52,540 nt of DNA from Thermoplasmatales archaeon SW_10_69_26 (GCA_003009755.1 PXUB01000002.1:10943-63482), one strand, 5' to 3'; counted from the first letter of the stretch, positions 19,916-29,412 are shown. A program made the numbers and translations. The notes: generated by a model from the sequence alone, not told the origin.

Positions 19916-21106
19916 CTACACCTCCTCGTGGAGCGTCTGCAGCACGCGGCGGGCGACGGCCTCCTTGGAGCCCTCGATCGGGGTCGTGGCGGCGTCGGTG
20001 ACGAGGTGGACGCGCGTGTCGTCGACGTCGACGTCCTCGAGCCGGTTGGCGACGACGGCCTCGAGGCGGTTCTCCTTGCGGAAGCGCGCCGCCTTCGCCG
20101 TTAGATCGTCCTCGTCGATCCCGGCCTCGGCCTTGAACCCGACGAGGCGTTGACCGCCGTCGAGCTCCGCCCGCAGCTCGGGCAGTACCTTGGGGGTGGG
20201 CTCCAGCGGGAGGACCTGGTCCTCGCCGCTGGGCAGCTTGCCATCGGAGGGCTTGGCTTGGAAGTCGCTGATAGCGGCCGGCACCAGTACCCAGTCGTAG
20301 GCGGCGGCTTCCGGCGCGAGGTCGACGAGGTCCTGCACGGTGACGAACCGCTCGCGGGGCACGGTCTCGGGCAGGTCGACGTGGCCGTGGCCGAACCACA
20401 TGTCCACGTCGGCGCCCAGGCGGTAGGCCTCGCGGGCCAGCGCGGCACCGGTGCGGCCGGTGCTCTGGTTCGTGACGACGCGCATCTCGTCGATCGTCTC
20501 GATCGTGGAGCCGTTGACGACGAGCACGCGCTCGCCCTCGAAGGGTCCGGGGCCGAGCTCGCGGATGACGGTCTCGGTGACCGCCTCGATCGAGGCCATC
20601 TTGGCCTCGCCTTCCTCGAGCTCGGGGTCGACGACGGCGGCGCCTTCGTCCTCGAGGGTGTCGACGTGCTGGCGGGTGCGCTCTTGGTCGAGCATGCCCT
20701 CGTGCATGGCGGGGACGACGATCACGGGGACGTGGCCCAGGCTCGTGGAGACGAGGCTGGTTACGGGTGTGTCGTCGATGGCGAGCGCGGTCTTGCTGAT
20801 CGAGTTCGCGGTCGCCGGCGCCATCAAGACGGCGTCGACCTCGCCCTTGACGCCCACGAGATGCTCGACCTGGCCGGTGAGCTCGGTGACCGGTTCGTGC
20901 CCGGTCGCGAACTCCAGCGCGTAGGGGTGGAGGATGTCGAGCGCGGCGGGGCTGGCGAAGGGCACGACCTCGGCGCCGTGGCGGGCCAGCTCGCGGGCCA
21001 GCTTCACGGTCTCGACGGCGGCGATGCTGCCGGTTACGCCGAGCGCGATGCGGGTACCCTCGAGCAACGAGGATGCGTTGCCCCGGATCTCCCGGGCGGG
21101 ATGCAT
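19916..21106 (-). CDS. coaBC: Bifunctional phosphopantothenoylcysteine decarboxylase/synthetase
   Basis: GVTGSIAA, APATAN, PAMHEGM, TNQSTGRTG, AAISDF, VGFKAE. Confidence 0.95.
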   Translation of the reverse strand: MHPAREIRGNASSLLEGTRIALGVTGSIAAVETVKLARELARHGAEVVPFASPAALDILHPYALEFATGHEPVTELTGQVEHLVGVKGEVDAVLMAPATANSISKTALAIDDTPVTSLVSTSLGHVPVIVVPAMHEGMLDQERTRQHVDTLEDEGAAVVDPELEEGEAKMASIEAVTETVIRELGPGPFEGERVLVVNGSTIETIDEMRVVTNQSTGRTGAALAREAYRLGADVDMWFGHGHVDLPETVPRERFVTVQDLVDLAPEAAAYDWVLVPAAISDFQAKPSDGKLPSGEDQVLPLEPTPKVLPELRAELDGGQRLVGFKAEAGIDEDDLTAKAARFRKENRLEAVVANRLEDVDVDDTRVHLVTDAATTPIEGSKEAVARRVLQTLHEEV

Positions 21107-21371
21107 GCAGCTGGCTAAGGACCTCGCGTTGAAAAAGCCACGCCGTCGAGACCGTCGCGTCGGGCCCGGAGGGTGACGAGCAGCCCTCGACGGAAAGACC
21201 AGAGGGCTGGCCTCGACCTTCGAGGGCGGACCCGGGCCGGCCCGAGGGGTGGCCTCGGGCGGGCCCGTCCCTACCGCGGGCAAACGGTGTCGCCCTCGAC
21301 GGACTCGATGGACCGCCCGGCCCCGTCGGGCGGTCGCAACCGTCATCAGGGACCCCCGTACTGCGGGTGCC

Positions 21372-22064
21372 GTGCCCGGTTACCGTGTCCCCTTCGGTCA
21401 GGCGAGCCCCGACGAGGAGCCCGAGGGTTTCGATCCCGGCCCGGTGTTGGCGAGGATCGTGGACGAGGATCTGGTGCCGGACAACGGTGGGACCGCCGAG
21501 GGCTCCATCGACACGGCCTGGGGCAAGCTGGCGGCCGAGCGCCGCGGCGGGGACGAGGTGCACGTCACCATGCCCGAGGCCGAGGTGACGAGCCGGCAGG
21601 TGATGGTGAACGTCGCGGCGATGAAGCTGGGCGTCGACAAGGCGCTCGTCGAGGAGACCGAGGCCGCGATCCAGGCGATCGACGTCGGCGAGCCGGTGTT
21701 GGTGTGCCCGCTGCCGGGCGAGGACGCCGTGCGGGACGCGCCCACGCAGGCCCAGGTGGCCACGGTGCCGGGCGTCGAGGCCGAGATCGGGGTGGCCTAC
21801 ACCGTCGTGCAGACCTCCCCCTACGCCCGCATCGTGGCGCGATCGTGGGGCGAGGGCCCACCGATGACGGTGCTGGCTGCGGCCGCGGTGCATCTGATGC
21901 TCAGCGAGCGGTTCAGGCCAACGTACCCCCGGACGCGCGTCGTGGCCGAGCTGGTCGACGAGGAGGGGGAGGTCGAGATCACCGTCCAGGCGCGCGAGGC
22001 CGGCGGCGGGCCGGTCGTCGAGCGCGTGCTCGTCGGCGGCCAGGTCGAGGCCCTCGACGGGTGA
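21372..22064 (+). CDS. Hypothetical protein, possibly degenerate PhzF/DAP-epimerase fold
   Basis: 'IQAIDVGEPVLVCPL', 'LAAAAVHL' and 'VLVGGQV' recall PhzF; catalytic motifs not evident. Confidence 0.5.
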   Translation: MPGYRVPFGQASPDEEPEGFDPGPVLARIVDEDLVPDNGGTAEGSIDTAWGKLAAERRGGDEVHVTMPEAEVTSRQVMVNVAAMKLGVDKALVEETEAAIQAIDVGEPVLVCPLPGEDAVRDAPTQAQVATVPGVEAEIGVAYTVVQTSPYARIVARSWGEGPPMTVLAAAAVHLMLSERFRPTYPRTRVVAELVDEEGEVEITVQAREAGGGPVVERVLVGGQVEALDG

Positions 22065-22115
22065 CGGAGCGAGGCGAAAAGCGTAAAGACGGGTTCCGCT
22101 TTGGGCGACCACCGC

Positions 22116-22188
22116 GCGGGTGTGGTCTAATCTGGTAGGACAGAAGCTTCCCATGCTTCTAGTCCGGGTTCAAATCCCGGCACCCGCA
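22116..22188 (+). tRNA. tRNA-Gly (CCC)
   Basis: Acceptor GCGGGTG/CACCCGC + A; anticodon stem GAAGC/GCTTC with loop TT-CCC-AT; T-arm CCGGGTTCAAATCCCGG; no encoded CCA, no intron. Confidence 0.96.
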
Positions 22189-22268
22189 CTTCTCCATCAG
22201 ACCCCATAGCAGTGCCACGTGCGGGTGCCGGGAGAGGACGCCCGACCACAGCCACCGCCGAGGGCGTC
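22172..22268 (+). repeat. attL direct repeat (tRNA 3' end + 80 bp)
   Basis: 93/97 identical to 26630-26726. Confidence 0.92.
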
Positions 22269-22468
22269 CGTATCGCCAGCATCCTTGGCCGGGGGAACCG
22301 CACGGTCGGATGCTGGCGAGCGGGCGGATCCCCGATCCGCCCTGATCCGGAGATCAGCCTCGTCCACCAAGCCATCGGCTGATCTCCGAGGCACCCGCAT
22401 CCAGCCAGGCCGGGATTTGCGGCCGTCCTCCGGAGGGTCCGACCGCGGCAGATCGTCGGACCCGGGGG

Positions 22469-23552
22469 TCATCGGACACCACCTCCACGGAGGCGGGGGA
22501 CGTGTTCGGTGTCCATCTCGGCCCGGGCGCGGGCTCGGTCCAGGTAGTGTTTCTCGACGGTGCGAACCTCGTCTCCAAGCGCCTGGGCGACCTTGTAGAC
22601 GTTGAACTCGGTAGCGATGAGAAACTCGGTGGCGACGTACCGCCGCATCTTGTACGGGTGGAACCCCGGCCAGACGCGCTTGCCGACCCGGGACAACTCC
22701 GTCTGGAGGTAGTGATCTGTCCACCGCTTTCCGTCCAGCTTAACGAACACGGCATCCTTGTCCGCATCAGCCTGGTCGCGATGGTGGTCGATGTAGTTGC
22801 CCAGACTCTTGCTGTTCGGCGCGTCGAGGACGTAACTGGGTAGCGGCATCCGGCGTCGGTTGCCGCCTTTCTTCTTCTCCGTGACGACGATCTCTCCGGC
22901 GTCACGGTCTACGTCGTCCAAGTCGAGCGCCGCGATCTCGCTGGGGGCTCGCACCCCGGTGTGGAAGCCGAAGTGGAACACGTAGGCCAGCGTCGTCCGC
23001 TTGAACGGGGACAGATCGTGGCCCCAATCCTCCTCGGCGGTCCAGACGTCCGGGGCAAGCTCGGGCTCCGGAAGGGTCCGAGTCGGCTCAGGCTCTCGGA
23101 ACTGAGGGTTCAAGCACTCCCATACGTCCTAACCCGAGGAACTTGAGCAAGCTCTTGAGCGCCTTCCGGTAGTGGTTCAGCGCGCTCCCGGTGGCCCCGT
23201 TCTCCATCCGGAGGAGGACGTGGTCTTGCCAGCTATCCTCGCTCGGCGGTCGGAGCGAGACGGGCGCGTCCTCGTGGTGCTCAAGGAACCGGATGTATCG
23301 GACCCGGCAGTCGGCGGTCCCAGGGGCTAGCCCCTGGCTGGCCACCATGTGCCGGCGGAACTCCTCGTAGGTCCCCTCGGTCAGCTCGGGGTTCTCGTTG
23401 TGCAACTCCCCAAGGCCAGCCAGTTCGATCAGGCCCGCGTCTCGCAGCTTGAGGAGCGTCTTGATCTCCTCAGGCCGAAGGTCCACGGTGGACGCCGCCT
23501 GTTGGGCGTTTGCAGCGTCCTGCAGAGTCAGATCGTCATCACTGCGGGACAT
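22469..23552 (-). pseudogene. Tyrosine recombinase/integrase with a one-base frameshift near 23130
   Basis: N-terminal SAM-like domain (ORF 23088-23720) continues in another frame as DVWECLNPQF...; motifs TGVRAPSE, HPYKMRR, LGD, KHYL. Confidence 0.85.
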
Positions 23553-23813
23553 CTCGGTGCCCTTCTGGGCAAGATGAGACATTTTCGTGACACTCTGCTC
23601 GGCTCCGGTTAGCGAGTGGGTCGTTGAGCATTGCCAACCACCTCGCCCGGAGCTACCGTTCTCGGTCTGCAGGTCGATTGCGGTCAATGCAGACCCAGAC
23701 AGCTCCCCAGGAGCAATCAAGCCCAGAAATTTCTACGTTAAGCCTAAAAGAGTAAGGTATGACGGGGAAAGCCTCTCTCCCCGAAAAAGAGGTCAGGCGG
23801 AGTTGGGGGAGAT

Positions 23814-25070
23814 CTAGAAAGGCCCAAGACGCTCTTGACCGGAACGCTCGATACTCTCGCTCAGGTCGTAGTCTTCGAAATTAAGCCCGAACTCCTCCTT
23901 GTACTCAAGCCGCTTGTCGATGGCGTCCGCCGAGAACAGGACGTTGAGATCCTGCTCTATCTCCTCGATGTATGAACGATCCTCATCAATGTTTGCGAAT
24001 CGTTCCTGGATGGGGGAGCAATCGTGGATCTCCGTGCCGACCCATTTACGACCCATCAGCTCGGCGGCGACGTAGGTTGTCCCTGCTCCACCGAATGGAT
24101 CGAGGACTCTGTCTCCCTGTTCGGTGGCCATTCCGATCACTCTGTGGAGAAGCTTCAGACTGAGTTGGTTGGCGTCACGGTGGAGGTATCTCTTGTGGCG
24201 GACGGGTGGAATGTCATCCCAGACATCGGTCAGATTCACCCCCTTTGGGTTCATCTTTGATTTGTATCCTCCGTAGTCATTCTGCTCACCTCCGCAGTGG
24301 GGGCAAGTGTCGATGGGAAGCCGGTCTGGATCGAACGTTTCGGGGGAACCCCCCTTTACAAAGTACAGGAGAGAATAATGAGATGGATAGAGACGGCCAG
24401 GGATCGGGAGTCCGAACTTGATGTCTACCGTAATCCAATGGCGAAGAGTGAGCCGTCGGGAAATGTAGTCTCCAAAATGGATATTCCATTTTGGCAGGTT
24501 ATACAGGAAGAAAGCACCTCCCGGCCGGAGAAGGCGGATAGCCTCGTCGATCCACTCGGTGGACCATCGGAGGTATTCATCTTCCGCAAGGTCGTCCCCG
24601 TTTTCTTCTCCATAGTCCTTGTCAAGATTGAATGGAGGATCTGCGAAGATCAGGTCAAAGGACTCTTCCTCTAGTTGCGGTAAAACATCGCGGCAGTCGG
24701 CGTTGTATAACTTGCCTCGCTCGGTACTGAAGATGGGTTCTGGAAGGCCACCCCCGGGGCCCTGCTCAAGAGTCTCCACATCGTATGCTTCCTCAAGTGC
24801 CTCAAGCCCTCTGTCGGGGTCTTCGACAAGAGCCTGCTGTAGCCGCTCCGGGAACTCGCCAGTTAGCAGATGGATCGCTTCGGGGGAATATTCTAGGGCC
24901 GATGCCAAGTCTTGGAGCTGGCTGTCCGTGGGGGGCACCCCTTCCTCGATGTCCCTTAGGGTGCCCACACGGAGGCCGGCTTCCTTCGCGAGCTCATTAT
25001 CGCTAAGGCCTTGCTTCCGACGGAGGCGGCTCACGACGTCGCCGGCCGAACGGAAAAGGAGGCCGGTCAT
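23814..25070 (-). CDS. XRE-HTH fused beta-class amino-DNA methyltransferase (likely m4C, M.BamHI-like)
   Basis: N-terminal 'LRRKQGLSDNELAKEAGL..TLRDIEEG'; FADPPFN precedes VLDPFGGAGTT; CPHCG insert. Confidence 0.92.
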   Translation of the reverse strand: MTGLLFRSAGDVVSRLRRKQGLSDNELAKEAGLRVGTLRDIEEGVPPTDSQLQDLASALEYSPEAIHLLTGEFPERLQQALVEDPDRGLEALEEAYDVETLEQGPGGGLPEPIFSTERGKLYNADCRDVLPQLEEESFDLIFADPPFNLDKDYGEENGDDLAEDEYLRWSTEWIDEAIRLLRPGGAFFLYNLPKWNIHFGDYISRRLTLRHWITVDIKFGLPIPGRLYPSHYSLLYFVKGGSPETFDPDRLPIDTCPHCGGEQNDYGGYKSKMNPKGVNLTDVWDDIPPVRHKRYLHRDANQLSLKLLHRVIGMATEQGDRVLDPFGGAGTTYVAAELMGRKWVGTEIHDCSPIQERFANIDEDRSYIEEIEQDLNVLFSADAIDKRLEYKEEFGLNFEDYDLSESIERSGQERLGPF

Positions 25071-25104
25071 TTCAGACTCTCCCTGCGAAGCGTCACAAGC
25101 CAGT

Positions 25105-25221
25105 CATCCATGGATGGGGCTTTACTCATTGGGTCCCTGATAGGTCCGACCACCCCTTTATTCCTTTCATTGGACGGTGAAAGGTCTGGTGCTTCGCTAG
25201 TAATATGCTGACCGTGGTCAG
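25105..25221. promoter_or_regulatory. Divergent M/R control region with two palindromes
   Basis: CATCCATGGATG (25105-25116) and CTGACC-GT-GGTCAG (25208-25221); AT-rich TAATAT at 25201, about 30 bp before the GTG at 25234. Confidence 0.5.
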
Positions 25222-25233
25222 TGGGATGGAGCA

Positions 25234-25467
25234 GTGGGCCGCAACCGAGACGATTTCAGCGGCCGGTACACACCGGAATTCACCGATGAAGACTTCCTAG
25301 AGGCAGTTGAAAGTATAGAGTCGGGCTCCACGGCAGATATCGCCGAGAAAGTAGGTTGCTCCCCGGATCTCGCCTACCGCCGGCTGCGGGATCTAGCTGA
25401 GGAGGGTCGAGTCGGCTCCGAGAAAATCGCAGGAAACTTTCGATGGTTCCCGACCCATGAGAATTGA
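25234..25467 (+). CDS. Small winged-HTH regulator (controller candidate)
   Basis: 'TADIAEKVGCSPDLAYRRLRDLAEEGRV' wHTH; overlaps the REase start. Confidence 0.8.
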   Translation: MGRNRDDFSGRYTPEFTDEDFLEAVESIESGSTADIAEKVGCSPDLAYRRLRDLAEEGRVGSEKIAGNFRWFPTHEN

Positions 25468-26179
25468 CCAGGCACACACCCTTATTGACGAGGGAGATCT
25501 CTCGTCAACACGAGTCTGGCGTCGTGCGCGCCAGGATGTACTCGGCGCAGTTGAGGATGTCGTCTGGCCCCCGGATAACGATGAGTTCGTTGTCTATCCT
25601 GAAGAAAACGCGAATGGCGTTAACCCGATCACCGAGCAATTCGAGCCCAACCTGGACGCTTTGCCTGACTGGGAGGAAACCGGAAGAACACACCTCACGA
25701 CCCTACTGGATCGTCGGGGCATGCTGGAACGAACGATTGAGAAGGTCAGACCCTATTTCCATGACCCCCAGTCGTTCCTGAATAGCCCGTGGTTCGACGG
25801 GCTCAAAGACGTGGAGATCGACGGTGAGCCCGGCCTAATTGTGGCTGAGTGGGAAACAGGCAACATATCCTCTAGCCACCGCTCAGTCAATCGAATCATG
25901 GTCGGCCTGGTCGCCGGCATGATCCACGGCGGATTTATCGTCCTCCCCAACCGATCTCTGTACCACTACTTGACGGACCGGATCGGGAATTACCGAGAGT
26001 TGAGGCCCTACTTCGTAATATGGGAGTCTCTTGCTCACAAAGTTGAGAACGGAGTTATTGAGGTAATCGTTGTAGAACACGAGGGAGAATCTAAGGCCGT
26101 CCGCCCGATCGGGAAACTTACCGACGGTATGTCGGACAGGGAGGAACGGGGCATTGACGAGAGGGTGGATTGGGAGTAG
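25457..26179 (+). CDS. Type II restriction endonuclease, BamHI family
   Basis: NGVNPI, D...EWETGNISSSHRS, YLTDRIGNYRELRPYF and C-terminal TDGMS match BamHI signatures. Confidence 0.9.
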   Translation: MRIDQAHTLIDEGDLSSTRVWRRARQDVLGAVEDVVWPPDNDEFVVYPEENANGVNPITEQFEPNLDALPDWEETGRTHLTTLLDRRGMLERTIEKVRPYFHDPQSFLNSPWFDGLKDVEIDGEPGLIVAEWETGNISSSHRSVNRIMVGLVAGMIHGGFIVLPNRSLYHYLTDRIGNYRELRPYFVIWESLAHKVENGVIEVIVVEHEGESKAVRPIGKLTDGMSDREERGIDERVDWE

Positions 26180-26629
26180 ACCTCATAGAGTTCCGCATTG
26201 CGGTGGCTGGTTATTGAACGGGGCCGAGAGGAAGTGGTTGGCAATCGTGCGGGGTTCCCGGCCCCTGCATTGACCGAACTGCAGCAATCCTGAGCATGGG
26301 CTAAAACCCTGCTTTTGTAGCAGCCGTTATCAAAGAGCAAGCCTTTCCTCCGGACGGCAATTGTGCGGAAGAGCGGCCGCCGGCGGTCTCCGGGATTCGA
26401 TCATCTCAGGGCCTACGAGGCGATGAGACGACTGGTGGAAGAGAAGAAGAGGAGGCACCCTCGCGGGTGCTAGGCAGAACGCTGTCTTCCCGGCAGCAGC
26501 CACCATGCTCCTCTGTCGGCGTCCGTCCCTCCTGAGATCGAGAACGCGCCCGGCCGGGATTTGAACCCCTGGGTTCATCGTCGGACCGAGCTTGCGAGGT
26601 CCGACGAGAGTACGGCCGCAGGCCGCACG

Positions 26630-26726
26630 AAATCCCGACACCCGCACTTCTCCAGCAAACCTCATAGCAGTGCCACGTGCGGGTGCCGGGAGAGGACGCC
26701 CGACCACAGCCACCGCCGAGGGCGTC
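26630..26726 (+). repeat. attR direct repeat
   Basis: Copy of 22172-22268 with 4 mismatches, all in the first 33 bp. Confidence 0.92.
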
Positions 26727-26821
26727 GGCCTGGAGACGGGCGTCTCCCATCGTGGCACTGGTCCGTCTGCAGAGTACCCGCGTCTCGAGCCGGACGAGAA
26801 CCCCGCACCCAGCGCGGCCGT

Positions 26822-27436
26822 TCACCCGCGCCCGATGTCGTCCCGGGAGGGGGGAGCCGAGCCGTCACCGCGTAACCGTCGTTGGAACCGGCGATAGAAC
26901 ACGTACCCGATCAAGGCGGCGGACGGCGATGCGAGCAGCGCGCCGATGACGAGCGAACGTTGCTCGGTCTGGGTGTAGGTCATGTGGACGGAGACGGCGG
27001 TCACGTTGTCCTCGGGGCCGCGGTTGGGATCCTCGGGCATGCGGGAGCCGATGAGGAGCACGGTGCGGTTCTCGCCGTCGGTGCGGAACGTGAAGTTGTA
27101 CGTGTCGGTGACGTTCGTCCGCGAGAGCGTCCTGTTGTAGGAGACGTTCTCGTTGAGCTCGAAGGTGTACGTGCTCCCGTTGAGCGCGTTCAGCGTGAGG
27201 TTCTCCATGTTCATCATGTAGACGTCGATCGGGCCGCCCTGCAGCACGCTGGTGTTGACGGAGATGTTCTCGCCGGCGGCGCCGGGCTCGATGAAGTCGG
27301 GCTTCATCTCGCCTGGTCCCAACCGGAAGCGGGGCGTCGGGAGCTCGCGCTCGACGTCCTGGGGCTGGTAGTAGGCGGCGGCGAACAGGGCGCCGAACAG
27401 GGCGAAGCCGAGCAGGACGACGAGGACCCGGCGCAC
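26822..27436 (-). CDS. Hypothetical protein with N- and C-terminal TM helices and many N-x-S/T sequons
   Basis: Hydrophobic termini, beta-rich middle; sequons NIS, NTS, NLT, NGS, NVS, NRT, NVT, NFT. Confidence 0.7.
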   Translation of the reverse strand: MRRVLVVLLGFALFGALFAAAYYQPQDVERELPTPRFRLGPGEMKPDFIEPGAAGENISVNTSVLQGGPIDVYMMNMENLTLNALNGSTYTFELNENVSYNRTLSRTNVTDTYNFTFRTDGENRTVLLIGSRMPEDPNRGPEDNVTAVSVHMTYTQTEQRSLVIGALLASPSAALIGYVFYRRFQRRLRGDGSAPPSRDDIGRG

Positions 27437-27531
27437 ACCGCCGGGAGCCCGAGGAGCCTATTGTACGTTGCGGCTGGGCCCTCGCCGGGCCCGACAAGCC
27501 TATACCGTGGCTCGCTGTCGGTTCCTCGCCG

Positions 27532-28446
27532 ATGGTCCTGGGGATGTCGATCGGGCGGTTCCTGCTGGTCTTGGCCTTGGCGGTGTCGCCCTTGGCGATC
27601 CTGGTCTTCCGCCCGCGGCGCATGGGTGGGGGCTTCTGGCGCAACCTGTTCCGCCTGTCTCGCGACAACTGGCCCCAGGTCGGCGTGCTGGCCGTGTTGT
27701 ACGTGATGAAGAACTACGTCGACACCCTCAACGACCCGATCCGGGGCGTGTTCGGCGACTTCACCTACCTCATCTACAGCCTCGAGGGGGACCTCGTGCT
27801 GTGGATCCAGCAGGCCTTCTACCACCCCTGGCTGACCGAGGTGCTGAACTACAACTACCTGTTCGGCTACATCTTCCTGACGTACTTCTCGTTCATCCTG
27901 ACGGCCTACGCCGGGCACGAGCGGTTGGCCACGCGCATGGTGCTGAACGTGTTGATCGTGTACGTGCTCGCGATCCCGTTCTACGTCTTCTTCAACGTCC
28001 AGGTCACGAGCAACTACATCCCGGGCGTGATCTCGCTGTTGTACCACGACTCGGCCTCGTTCTTGTCCTTCTTCGCCGCCGTCGATCCGCTCGACAACGC
28101 CTGGCCGAGCCTGCACATCGGGATCCCGTTCGGCTTCCTCGTCCTCTTCTGGTGGCAGGGCCGGCGCGAGGGCGCCGACTTCGCGGCCGATCCCTACCGC
28201 CGGTACATGATCTTGATCGGCGCCCAGCTGCTCGTGTTCGTGTTCAGCATCATGTACCTGGGCATCCACTGGGCGTTGGACATCCCGGGCGGCCTGTTGG
28301 TCGGTTACGCGGGCGCGCTCGTGGTCGACGAGTTGGGCGACGACGTGCACCGGGGGCTGATGGGGACCCGCGCGGTCGTGAACGGAGCCGTGGGGCAGGC
28401 CTGGCAGGGCCTGCGAGATCGGTTGAGGGCTCTCGGCGGAGGCTAG
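27532..28446 (+). CDS. PAP2-superfamily membrane phosphatase/phosphotransferase (AUR1-like)
   Basis: AWPSLH and YLGIHWALD motifs; multiple TM helices. Confidence 0.85.
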   Translation: MVLGMSIGRFLLVLALAVSPLAILVFRPRRMGGGFWRNLFRLSRDNWPQVGVLAVLYVMKNYVDTLNDPIRGVFGDFTYLIYSLEGDLVLWIQQAFYHPWLTEVLNYNYLFGYIFLTYFSFILTAYAGHERLATRMVLNVLIVYVLAIPFYVFFNVQVTSNYIPGVISLLYHDSASFLSFFAAVDPLDNAWPSLHIGIPFGFLVLFWWQGRREGADFAADPYRRYMILIGAQLLVFVFSIMYLGIHWALDIPGGLLVGYAGALVVDELGDDVHRGLMGTRAVVNGAVGQAWQGLRDRLRALGGG

Positions 28447-28476
28447 CCTCTTCCGGGCGCACGCGTCTGCGGCGGC

Positions 28477-29019
28477 ATGGACATCGATCCGGCCGATCAC
28501 GGGTTCGGTCTCTTCGGGGCGGACTTCGGGTACCCAGGCGGGGGGCTGTGCTTGAGCGTGTTCCTGGCCGTCGAGCGGGACGGGGAGCTGTTGACGGGTC
28601 GTATGGACGAGGAACGGGCCCAGCGATGGACCGAGGCCTGGGCGCCGAACCTGGCCTACTACGAGGGCGAGCGTCGCGCGCGGCTGTTCGACGGTTGGCG
28701 GTTCCCGGCGACCTACTTGCGGGTTGGGGAGGAACCGCAGACGGCGGCCGAGCGTGTGTGGCGCGACCAGCTCGGGTTCGAGGTTGAGCCTCGGCTGGGC
28801 TCGATGGAGGTGTCCTCGAGTTCCCAGCCCTCGCGACGGACGCCCGATCACGAGCACTGGGACGTCGTGTTCGCCTACGCCGCCGAGGGGCCGCCCATCC
28901 AGCGGGTTCCCTCGCACTGGGACGCGTTCGGGTACCGGCCGCCCTCCGAGCTGGCGCCGGAGACCTCGGTCATGCTGCATGGCCAGATGTTGGACGAGCT
29001 GGCCTCGCTGGCGGAGTGA
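28477..29019 (+). CDS. NUDIX-fold protein, degenerate Nudix box
   Basis: 'WRFPATYLRVGEEPQTAAERVWRDQLG'. Confidence 0.6.
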   Translation: MDIDPADHGFGLFGADFGYPGGGLCLSVFLAVERDGELLTGRMDEERAQRWTEAWAPNLAYYEGERRARLFDGWRFPATYLRVGEEPQTAAERVWRDQLGFEVEPRLGSMEVSSSSQPSRRTPDHEHWDVVFAYAAEGPPIQRVPSHWDAFGYRPPSELAPETSVMLHGQMLDELASLAE

Positions 29020-29029
29020 GGGTCCCCGC

Positions 29030-29320
29030 CGCCAGACGACGATCGGTTCCAGCCGTTGCTCGCCCTCGCGGTACTGGTCCCCGATCTCCTCGGAGCTGGG
29101 TGGGTCGAGGCCCCGGCCCCTGGTGACCAGTCATCCGGCTTCGGCCTGGCGAGGGCCTCGGGCTCGAGCGGTTCGCCGTCGACGTCCTCGGTTCCGTCGT
29201 CGGTCAGGTCGAGGCAAGCGGTCCACGCCGTGGCCGTCGAGGCCGGCGAAGGCGACCTCGGGCCGTCCTCGTGCAGCAGGCCCAGGTCCTCGGACGGGCG
29301 GCCACCGTGGTCGATCCGAC
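29030..29320 (-). pseudogene. Possible eroded gene remnant
   Basis: Acidic host-like peptide fragments alternate between minus-strand frames (DLTDDGTEDVDGEPLEPE; SSEEIGDQYREGEQRLEPIVVW). Confidence 0.3.
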
Positions 29321-29412
29321 CGGGACGGGATCGCTGGTCCGCGGTGCCTGTTCCTGGTCGAGGAAGGAACGGCCGCCCGAGGTCGCCGAGGTCTCCCGCT
29401 TCCGTGGGACGA

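Larger units (their letters stand above)
22172..26726. mobile_element. Integrative element at tRNA-Gly carrying an integrase and a type II R-M system
   Basis: 97-bp direct repeats at the ends, tyrosine recombinase next to the tRNA, visibly lower-GC cargo. Confidence 0.9.

Noticed and set aside
23088-23140. Programmed frameshift or SSV-type split in the integrase
   Set aside because: No slippery heptamer at the junction, and the att site is not inside the gene.
26546-26575. Second tRNA on the minus strand (GGTTCAAATCCCGGCCGGGCGC)
   Set aside because: Only a T-arm/acceptor fragment with no D or anticodon arm; treated as an att-associated scar.
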